This document shows positions 10,712 through 19,848 of a DNA stretch of 64,000 bases, piece after piece; position 1 is the stretch's first letter; each line of letters begins with the position of its first letter. The DNA comes from Mayamaea pseudoterrestris. Its lineage: Eukaryota. The translations under genes were made by a program, and so were the position numbers. Below the pieces are notes generated by a model. That model was given only the letters and a program-made list of their open reading frames with translations. It was not told the origin of the DNA and searched no databases. The stretch covers positions 434,001 to 498,000 of the forward strand of contig BROI01000006.1 of assembly GCA_027923505.1 (NCBI GenBank), given 5' to 3'.

Positions 10712-13700
10712 CTACGCAACTTCATACGCAAGACCTTGATAGGTGCCAAGCGTGTCGCCGAGTACAGTTCCGACAGGACAGCTCTTGTATAATATGGCAG
10801 CAAAACGTTTTAAGAGCCTAACATTCATCCGATGAAACACCACTGACTGCTCTGATATAAGATCCATGCCGTATTTCCAGCCATGGCCATAGTCTTCCGC
10901 CCAAGTCTTGTAGCAGCGCTTTATGAATTCATTCCCATTTTCGTTTTGACCCGCGACCCACGCGGGGCTCAAGTCAAAGAACCGTTGCTGATGAGTCTCA
11001 TTGTTAGCAGAGTCAATAATTTTAATGCCAGCATTGTTTAAACATTTGCCCACAAACCGATCCTCCACTGCTATCATGGACGTTCCGTGGCATTGAGCTA
11101 GCTGCTCTATAAATATTCTTATCGCTTGGCGGTTTAGTATATACCCAGGACCACCGACAGCAAAATCGAAAAATTTGTTGGCAGTGGCGAACTGACGTAC
11201 AACGAGGCCGCTGTAAATTGGTTTCTGCTCGCGCCCATGCTTGCTTTCCAGCTCAGCAATGTAATACCGCATATTCTCAACTATTGCGACCAAGTCGTTA
11301 CCAGCCACGTAAAAATAATCGAAAGAATTGTCGTCATCTTCGTCCATATAATTGTCATATATGTAGCCCAGGATAGAGCGCGTTTTCTGCCACATGTTGT
11401 TGTACATTTCTGGTCCAAAATGTGGTAGGTCGATAGCTCCAAATCCTGGCTCATTGGGGTCGTCCACCGTTTTGGTCGACGCCGCAAAGTAGCCATCGCA
11501 GCGCCATCCCCATGTTTCGGCGAGCGTTTGGGTCTTTCGATGATCTCCCGCGTACGTATAAATAGCACAGAGAATTCGTGCGGGTGGTAAAGTGCCATTG
11601 GAGGGCGGCGGTGGCAAAGGAGGAAAGGCCCGAGTATGGTTCGGGCTGAGACCGTTGATTTGTATCCGGTTTGTAGCGATGTCCCAGCCTGTCCCTTCCT
11701 CAACTCCTTGACCAGGAGGAGCGTCGCACACATAGGTGAACTCATTCGTTCCGTCAATGTGGCTGACTTGTTTAATTGGAATGTACGTCAACGGGGAACT
11801 GTGGTTGCGACTGTGATGTTTCTCAAATTCCTCGAGAAAGTGGCGTCGAACTCGGGTAACATCGGCAACGTACCCAAGAATGCCGCCACTCGTTCTTGCA
11901 CCTGCGCGCGGATGCAGGTCGGGGTTCGGTTCGTCCACGTAGTAGGTAACATTCTTTGGTATTGCGTCGCCGAGCGCCGAGCCCGTAGAGCACGTTCGAT
12001 AAACAATGGCCGCCAGGCGGCGCAGCAAAGTTGGATGCGTCAACCCGCCCAGAGCAATGGATATTTGAGAAATGGTTGCCAGAGCTAAGCTTCGTTCGTT
12101 CCAGGCATCGGCAATCGTTTGCTGGTTGTTAGTCTGGCTAGAGAATATCTTTGGTGACACATGCTCGAAACGTTGTCGTCCCAATGTGTCAGTCGATTCG
12201 ACGATGCGTACGAGGTCCGGATCGCGATAATTTGCCACGCGATAGCCCGTGTTAAATCATTCACCGTGGTGGTGCACGCGATAAATTCACGCGCGCCTCG
12301 TCATTTTTTTCGACCATGGCGCATCATTGCCGTCGCTCTACTAGTATTCTTGTAAATGCCTCCACTACTATACATGAATTGCAGTCTCATCAATGTAGCA
12401 ATTACTGTCATTGATCATGTAGGCAAAGGTTCCGCAAACGAGGAAGGAATCAGCCTTGATGGAGCGAGGAGAGCAAGCCAGTCTTGTACGGCGTACGGCT
12501 GCGTCTCCCTTGCGAGGTTGACGCTTCAATGAAGGCCATGCAGCAATATACAAAGCATCGGCGCAAAGGACCCTCTTTATTCTGTATAATCAGTGTGTGC
12601 GAGACTCGGCAAATTGTTGAATAAGCTGCAAGCAACGACGTTGACTCTCATTTTTTTGGCTACTTCCTCGCCTTGAACTCATCGGCCTTGCACCAGCGCG
12701 TAAATTAATCAGACTGCAATGACGGAGTAATAGATTGGCTGAAGGCAGATTGATATTGCAAGGCGCTTCAGTTGATTTCCCATGGTGTGTCAACGATTCG
12801 GCGGCAGCAACCCTTGCGGCATGCTCATGCTGTCGTTGTCGACGAGCTGGAACACTTCAAGTATCCATGAAACGGAGGATCAGACGCTATATATTGATGG
12901 ATCTATGACAGCAGACTACAAAGGTCTGTTACGCGGGTAGCTGTACTCCATTTAGAGCGTGTAATGGACTGGAATCCTCGTTTGAGTGAAGGATGCACGC
13001 GCATTTACACGGTCGCTCGCGAGGAACAAAAGGCTCATTTTCAGTAGTGTACACTATTATCTAGCAGTCCATTATCATTAATAACATCATATTATAGCTT
13101 GTAAGTGGTTGTTACATTGTAACTATGCTTCTATTAGGTGTTAGTGGACGTTTTGGTGGGTGGCCGTCAATTTAACACGGGCTATCGCGTGGCAAATTAT
13201 CGCGATCCGGACCTCGTATGCCAAGTGCTTTCAAGCATGACTCGGTCGGTCGCAGATCGGATGCGCACACGGACGGCTCAGTCACTGAACCCACTATTTT
13301 TCGCAGCGCCGCTTGGTTCAAAACGTAGCCAAATTGCCCGGGTAACTGGTAGCTTGGAAGCGGACGACCCGCGTAAAGTGGAACAGAGTTGCGCTCAAAT
13401 TTGTTGTCAAGCTGCGCCAGAAATTGCTTCAAATTGTCAATAATAACGAGCGTTCCAACATCAACCACCAAGAAGTAATCATATTCATCCAGATAGTTTT
13501 CGGCAACGAAGGTAAGTGCCGATTTTGCTGTTTCTGCCGTACCAAAGGTCTGCAGGAACTGATGCATTATCTTGACGGCTGTAGAGAGGTAACCACTGTC
13601 GTCGTCCCGTTGCTTTGAGCTCACGGCAGCATAGCCGTCGCATAAAAAGCCCCAAGTTTCAAACATGGCATGTTCAAACTCCTTGCCTCTTTGACGATCA

Positions 13701-14230
13701 GAATCTTGATTGTCAATGACGCAAAGAAACTTGGCTGTCGGCAGCGACGACGAATTTGCTTGCTGCTCCACTGCGGTCAAATTAACGGAAAACAGCGCCA
13801 GCGTATCTTTATCAGCAGCTTCATTGTAGACACTTATCTTGTTATGAAAAAGATCCCAGCCCTCGGGAGTCTCCATACCATGTCCAGGTTTTTGAATACA
13901 TACGGTGGAGTTCATGAGCATCAAGTGATGCTCGAATGGAAAGACGCCGGATTCGTTCTTGTTCCCACTGCCCCGTCTTATATGATATGCATCTTGTTGC
14001 AGCAGTTGCGCAAGCTCCCTAAAACTGCTTGTATCGAAGTTGCTGCTGTAATTTTTGGCTGCTAGTTTCGTTTGTGACCCCATCAGGCGCAGCTGTTGCG
14101 ACGCTCGTCCATTATTATTTAGTTGCCAAGTAAGTCTCAAAATAGATGCTATGAAGCAAAATGGAATGGCCGGATGAAGCTTGACGTTGCGCGACGCCTT
14201 GTTTGTCGCTGCTGTTGTGCTCGAACTCAT
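10712..14230 (-). pseudogene. Two-domain GT31 (C1GalT1-like beta-1,3-galactosyltransferase) gene interrupted by a transposon in this allele
   Basis: Segments 14230-13217 and 12208-10712 join in frame (CLKALGI|RIVESTDTLGRQRF) to give 836 aa. Domain 2 has RILCAIYT, ETWGWRCDGYFAAS, YNNMWQKTRS, VENMR, GGPGYILNRQA, EDRFVGKCL, QRF and SVVFH. Domain 1 has FETWGFLCDGY, PLYAG and GYVLNQAAL. Confidence 0.85.
12211..13216. mobile_element. Non-autonomous Tc1/mariner-like DNA transposon (MITE-type), 1006 bp
   Basis: Perfect 47-bp terminal inverted repeats at 12211-12257 and 13170-13216 (CGAGGTCCGGATCGCGATAATTTGCCACGCGATAGCCCGTGTTAAAT). Flanked by TA at 12209-12210 and 13217-13218. No internal ORF longer than about 67 aa. 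Removal restores the host reading frame. Confidence 0.93.
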
Positions 14231-14666
14231 ATTTCGGCAAAAACATGAGTGCAAGTTGCCCAAGAAAGGGCGCGACGGAATGCTTGACCTGCGTAGATTC
14301 TGGAAAGGATGGATGAGCATGGGTCCAGAAACGATTGGAAGTTTGGTACGATCGATGACTGCTTTGAAAATGTCATTACTCCGCATGATCATGAATACTC
14401 TCCAAACAGATTTGGCGCGAACTTTCTTGCGATCGATCACGCTGCGACAAAATGCCCACGAGCGACACGCTGCCATTCATATTCGCCATGATCATTTCAT
14501 GCTTGGCTGCTGCAGTAAAGTCTAAACGGTGGACTGCATATCATTTACCAAGTCTGTAAAGTGATAGTAGCGCAAAATCTCCGCCTAAATTAATATCGGA
14601 AAGGCGCACGAAAAATAACCTTTATCAGTCAATTTGCTTCGCAAGTAATTACTGAGACTGAAATAG

Positions 14667-16559
14667 ATGTTACCACGAGAAGGAAGAAGACAATGTGCTC
14701 GGCACGCCAATTGCTGGCAGCCCACTGCAGGAGGGGGCTTCATACTTCGCGTTGCAGCATATTGTTGCGTTATAGCGACCGCTGCAGCGTCTACCCATAG
14801 GCCGAGGACGTCGTCCGCAGCTGCAAGAGCGTTTGGAATTATGAGTAATGATTTGATTGAACGACGTTTGCATGCTATAAATATGGTTCGGGGAGGAGCC
14901 GCTGAAGATGAGGACTTATCATCTACATTTGAAGGAGTTCCATCCGTTTCCAAAGAATCGAACGAATTTCAACGGAACGCGACAACCGCGAAAACGGAAG
15001 CAGTAGCAGATAGTGAAGTACACAAGTTAATAACAGGCAAATCGACTCAATCAGGCAAATCAAACATAGAAGACGTATCGCATTTTGTCAAAGACGAGGA
15101 CTCAACTGAAATTGATGCAGAGGAGCATGCGACTGCTACGACAGAGTCGAAACTAGATACAAGCACCTTTGCTGTCGATAGCGACGATACCACGAGCGAC
15201 GAGGACGAAGACGAAGAATCTGTAGCAGCAATAACAACAGAAAGTGAACCAATGAGCAGAGTTACCGTTTTGGAGACAACCACAACCACGCTTTTTACGA
15301 CTGAGGATGATACGCAAGGCCACGAAGTTGCTACCTCGACGACGGTTGCATCCGCAATAAGCGAATTATCACTCTCACCTAATAAAGTTCAAGCAAAAGC
15401 TAGCTACCTCCGCACGCTTGGAAAAGAGCTTCACGACAAGTCTGAATTCATTCAAGCTGCTGTTCAGTTTGGGGCCGCGGCTGATCTGCTACTTCCCTTG
15501 CTACAAATGCCTGCACTGGAAGCAGAAGAAGAGCCAGTTGACGATGAGTTAGCTAACAGCGATAGCTTGCTGGAAGAATTTGCAACGTGTCGACTGCACG
15601 AGGCACTCTGCCGACTCAAAGCCGAAGAATACAACCTTGCCATTTACGCGTGTACACAAGTACTTGACTGGAATCAAGAGTCGTCAAGGCAGGACACTTC
15701 AAGATCAAGTAAAGTGGGTAAATTTTCGTCTGCAGATGTGGCGCCTGCGTTGCGAGCCCGAGCTTTTCATAGGCGCGCCAAAGCATTTATGGAGCTTGGT
15801 AATGCAGATCGAGCGCTATCGGATGCTCGCTCAGCTGCATTTTTGGGCGATCGCAAAGCGGTTGCTCTTTATGGCAAGCTAATGAGGAGTACTAGCGGAA
15901 AGGGGAGCGCAAATAATTTGTCCTCGTTATCCGCCTTTGGTGACCTTTTTGGAGCAGGTGAGACGAAAGACTTATCGTCATCGTCATCAAGCGGAGCTTC
16001 AATGCTGGAATCGTTACTGAGCGGCTCTAGCGCGTTCTCTCCGGCGTCATCCAGCACGCCCCAGCAGCAGACAGATTCACCTGCCCCTTTTCTTCCAGCA
16101 AGTCTTCTCGATTTCGGCAAAGCTGCTGCAGGTGGTCAAGGAAGTGGACTTGCAAAATCCGTCTTGTCGTCGCTGGCCAAGAATCTTGAGGACAAGTCGA
16201 CCCAGGACACTATCTGCAATTATTTACAATCAACATCTGGCCCGCAGCTGCAGCAAATGGCAAGCATGGCAGGGATTTCATTGCAATCGTCACAAGCTGA
16301 TCGAGTGGCAAGTTTTATGAATCGCGCTACCCCACGGACAATTCAGCGGACGGTTGTTTTTACAAAACGAAGCGTTTACACGGTTCAACTCCTGCGAAAA
16401 CTCAATCAGCTCGTGCAGAAGTATCGAAATTGGATTGTTTTGTTCTTTCTGTTGGCATGGATCAAAAGTGCTATATTGCGACCAACCCCCGTCAGTAAAA
16501 AGGCGATCAAGGCAGCAGCGAAGCACGCAGCCAGGGCAGTGAGTGGACCTATAGTATAA
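14667..16559 (+). CDS. TPR-containing protein with acidic linker and C-terminal TM helix
   Basis: 630-aa intronless ORF. TPR-like helices TCRLHEALCRLKAEEYNLAIYACTQVL and ARAFHRRAKAFMELGNADRALSDARSA. N-terminal hydrophobic stretch followed by an RGG motif; WIVLFFLLAWI near the C-terminus. Confidence 0.75.
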   Translation: MLPREGRRQCARHANCWQPTAGGGFILRVAAYCCVIATAAASTHRPRTSSAAARAFGIMSNDLIERRLHAINMVRGGAAEDEDLSSTFEGVPSVSKESNEFQRNATTAKTEAVADSEVHKLITGKSTQSGKSNIEDVSHFVKDEDSTEIDAEEHATATTESKLDTSTFAVDSDDTTSDEDEDEESVAAITTESEPMSRVTVLETTTTTLFTTEDDTQGHEVATSTTVASAISELSLSPNKVQAKASYLRTLGKELHDKSEFIQAAVQFGAAADLLLPLLQMPALEAEEEPVDDELANSDSLLEEFATCRLHEALCRLKAEEYNLAIYACTQVLDWNQESSRQDTSRSSKVGKFSSADVAPALRARAFHRRAKAFMELGNADRALSDARSAAFLGDRKAVALYGKLMRSTSGKGSANNLSSLSAFGDLFGAGETKDLSSSSSSGASMLESLLSGSSAFSPASSSTPQQQTDSPAPFLPASLLDFGKAAAGGQGSGLAKSVLSSLAKNLEDKSTQDTICNYLQSTSGPQLQQMASMAGISLQSSQADRVASFMNRATPRTIQRTVVFTKRSVYTVQLLRKLNQLVQKYRNWIVLFFLLAWIKSAILRPTPVSKKAIKAAAKHAARAVSGPIV

Positions 16560-16959
16560 AGTTAAACGTTTGATGCATAGGTAGAATGGACTGACTTTGT
16601 GTAAAGTCAACCTAGCATGCAGCATGTGCTTTGGCGAAGAGGGTTTGTCATTGGCTTTGGCAATGAACCCATTGCAACCAATAACAACCTCTTCACGGCA
16701 CAAGAAATGCTTTCTAGGTCTAAATAGCTCAGCTCTCTTGTTCGCTAATGTATCGTATGGTATTTGTACTTCTATCATCGTGCAATGACGAGACGAAGTA
16801 CTTGCAGATGCCTCGTGCATTCGGTCTTGTCGCGGTCGGACGTCCGAGCTCGCCATGGCATTGAACCAAGTGGCGCTGGTCGCTCTAGCAGTCAAACAAG
16901 CTGGACTATAACTTAATTCTATTGCATGATATAGCAAGAGTGCTTGACTTATTTTTGCA

Positions 16960-17316
16960 ATGAGCGAAACAGTTCCAGAATCTGAAGGCGAAAGCCGCTT
17001 GCTCGAAGGAAGCGACGATCACCGGCAGCATCATGACGAAGCAACTAATGACAAAGATCGATCTCAACCCGATTTGGCAAGTCAGTCATCATCCTTATTG
17101 ACGCAGGAAGAGGAGCTGCTGATTTTGCAGTGTTTTGAAATGGCTGTGAAAGATCATGAGCAAGACGATGCGAATAAATTCCAGCAACTCGTTGGGCCAA
17201 CAAAACGCACGCATGGACAAGTCAACACCAGCAATAACATTTTGGACGATAATGGCGATGAGCCTGATATGTCGTTTCTAAAAGAGTGGGATCCAAAAAT
17301 TCTTCCGCTGCATTAA
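16960..17316 (+). CDS. Small acidic hypothetical protein
   Basis: ATG-started 118-aa ORF with coding-like composition, convergent on the carrier gene. No recognisable motif. Confidence 0.45.
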   Translation: MSETVPESEGESRLLEGSDDHRQHHDEATNDKDRSQPDLASQSSSLLTQEEELLILQCFEMAVKDHEQDDANKFQQLVGPTKRTHGQVNTSNNILDDNGDEPDMSFLKEWDPKILPLH

Positions 17317-17372
17317 CGTTTTGTAATCATGATCTATTAGTAAACATGGCAAATATTAATTTCATCTCCATG

Positions 17373-18581
17373 CTACCTCTTCCTTCTAACACTACTGGCA
17401 TTTTCAGTCGCAGTACTTGTCGTATCTTGAACGCGTAGTAATCGTCGGAACCCTTCGTAAAACAGAAAGAAGAAGGCATTAGCCGGTATTTTATGCGCAA
17501 TCCTTGGCAGACTCCCTCGCATAAAGGCCGATAATCCTCCTTCCTGCAGAGTCAATTGAAAGCATTTCGACAAGCTTCCTTGGTACATGGATGCTGCTCC
17601 CACTGGATCTGTCTGAAGTCTCGTCTTGATAACGTCAAGCGGGCTCGTAGCCCAGCTGCCAATCCCTCCGGCAATGCCGCCGAGCAAAAAGTCCCAACTT
17701 TGTCGCGGCGGTGTCTTGATGCTTACCGCAGGCTTGCGACGGCTGCGCGCAGGTTGCGTCTCCAACATTGCTTTCTGACGCTTCCAACTGTTACTTCCAT
17801 ACCTTTCTTGCAAATGCTCGTAACACACCAACGTGACAATCGCATACGGCACATCCCGCAGCATTTGACTCGCAATCCCTCCTTTTGGAAACATTTTGCG
17901 ATACCAGTCTGGCGACTTGGCAATGGCCGATAATGCCTGCCACGTGGAATCGTACTGGCCCGTCTGCAGCTGCTGCTTGACCACCTCGTAGGGGACCCGC
18001 GAAACGCTCGCGACCGTGTTGCCAATGGCCGCGCTCAGTGCCACGGCAAGTGTTGGATGCAAACGAAACGAATCATTGTTGCGGCGCTGAAAGGTGGCAT
18101 TTAACAAGCGCTGCTTGCAGTACGAGTAGACGCCAAAGTATATCGCCACGCCCGGCATGGAACCAATGGCGGATACGCCGAGACCAGAGTAAAAGTTGGA
18201 TAAACCGCCGGGGCGACGGGCTAGTTCACGACATGCTCCGACTATGGTCAATCGTGATGCTCCATGACTATTCGATACGACTGCGACTTGCTGCATGGTT
18301 TTAATGGCATCGAGAGGCTGGAGCACCGTCTTGGCGCAGGCGGCAGACAAAGCGCTCGCCAAGCCGTTCTTGCAGCCGTTCCACCATGCTGTTTGCGATG
18401 ATGCAGCATCGGATGGTGCGGTGCTGCTGCCATGATGTGGAGTTGTAGCTTGAGGCTGTCTTATACGTTTTGCATCATACACTGCAACAGCCGTCACTTG
18501 TTTAATAAATATAATGTGCAGTACTATCAGCAAGCTCAGAGTATGCCGTAGCAGTCGAGTTGCGCGGGTCGGCATGGCCAT
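17373..18581 (-). CDS. Mitochondrial carrier family protein (SAM-carrier-like) with N-terminal signal peptide
   Basis: Three PX[DE]XX[KR] signatures (PLDAIKT, PYEVVKQ, PLDVIKTRLQ), plus RDVPYA and YFGVYSYCK. N-terminal LSLLIVLHIIFI hydrophobic segment. Confidence 0.88.
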   Translation of the reverse strand: MAMPTRATRLLRHTLSLLIVLHIIFIKQVTAVAVYDAKRIRQPQATTPHHGSSTAPSDAASSQTAWWNGCKNGLASALSAACAKTVLQPLDAIKTMQQVAVVSNSHGASRLTIVGACRELARRPGGLSNFYSGLGVSAIGSMPGVAIYFGVYSYCKQRLLNATFQRRNNDSFRLHPTLAVALSAAIGNTVASVSRVPYEVVKQQLQTGQYDSTWQALSAIAKSPDWYRKMFPKGGIASQMLRDVPYAIVTLVCYEHLQERYGSNSWKRQKAMLETQPARSRRKPAVSIKTPPRQSWDFLLGGIAGGIGSWATSPLDVIKTRLQTDPVGAASMYQGSLSKCFQLTLQEGGLSAFMRGSLPRIAHKIPANAFFFLFYEGFRRLLRVQDTTSTATENASSVRRKR

Positions 18582-18878
18582 GGTCGAAACTGTGCGTTTC
18601 TGTGGACGCGGCTATTTTGCTTGTCGCATAGCGACTCTTTTTTGTCATGTCACGCCTCGTCGTAGCGGTTTTCTCAATCAACGTCATTCGTCTCGACACG
18701 CGATGCAGCATGTCAGCATGGAACGATGCCATGACGAGCATCAGCGACGGCGAAGGAGGATTGAGTCTGCTCTGCTCACCTGCTCCATCTTTTGAACGAT
18801 ATCCCTTCCTATATTCACTTGTTGTTATCTAAACTGCAGCGACTGCCAACAAAAACCACTCTCTTTTCCATCTCGACC

Positions 18879-19787
18879 ATGACGTTGACAATGACAATGA
18901 ATCGCCCTTTCCACCTTATTGCCATGCTACTTCTTTTTGCAACACCATTTACTACATTCGCCTTTGCTCCATCAAACACTGCATCACATCAGCAGCATCA
19001 TCATAAAACAACTACACTTTGTATGACGAACAATTTGTTTCGGGCCGCCCGGAGCGCCGGTGCCGACGACAATGTCGTCGAGTTGATGAGGCCGCTCGGC
19101 TTGATCCTCAAGCAGGACGAGGAGACGGGCAACGTTTACGTGGACAAGGTGGCGCCAAAGGGAAACGCGGCAAGGACTGGCAAGGTGTGTCAATGAAAAT
19201 GAATATGTATGAATGTGGTCAAGTCAAGGAGAAAGACAGTTGCACTTGCTGTTTCGAACAACATTCACCGTAGCTAATCGCTCATCCATAATTGTTATCG
19301 TTCTTTATTTTGCAGGTGAAGGAAGGCGACATTGTCGCCATGTGCAGCGCTACATTCGGGGATGAAATGTAAGCACCGAAACACCGTGAGCTACTGTGCG
19401 GCAGTCGATTGTTGTTTGTGCATACTTGCTGTCACGGTACACGAGCAAAGCGAAAGCGAAAACCGGCCAGCTTCTGCTCTCATTTGCATCTTCTGTATAC
19501 TCATTTTGTCATTCTCTCGCTCACTACCATCAACACACAGGTGGAGCACTCGAGGAGTCGGTCTGACTCGCGTCTTGGCTGCCATTCGCGTTCGGTCTGG
19601 TCCGACGGTCAAGCTGGTCTTCGAGTCGCCCAAGCAGCTCGCCAAGAAGCGGGACGTGACGGCGCAGCAGATCAAGCAGCGGGAGGATGCCGCCAAGGCG
19701 GCGCAGGAACGCAAAGATAAGCTACTGCTGGAGCTGCAGGATACGGAGACGAAGATTAAGAAGGGAAAGTTCTTGGGTTTGTTTTAA
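18879..19787 (+). CDS. Plastid-targeted PDZ-domain protein (MET1-type PDZ); 3 exons
   Basis: Exons 18879-19184, 19316-19368, 19541-19787 give RPLGLILKQD..VYVDKVAPKGNAARTGKVKEGDIVAMCSATFGDEMWSTRG. Signal peptide ends TFA-FAP. Confidence 0.8.
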
Positions 19788-19848
19788 TACAATCAAAAAC
19801 AGAGACTATGCCATAATATGTTTTATTTTCTGTACGCAACTATCATCT

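Noticed and set aside
12211..13216. Transposon acting as a spliceable intron (introner-like)
   Set aside because: On the coding (minus) strand there is only a weak GT near the entry, and no AG at or near the exit TIR. Clean splicing is not supported.
13138..13443. Plus-strand 101-aa ORF sharing ANYRDPDLV with ORF 10712-12238
   Set aside because: The shared peptide is just the TIR translated. The rest is antisense to the galactosyltransferase.
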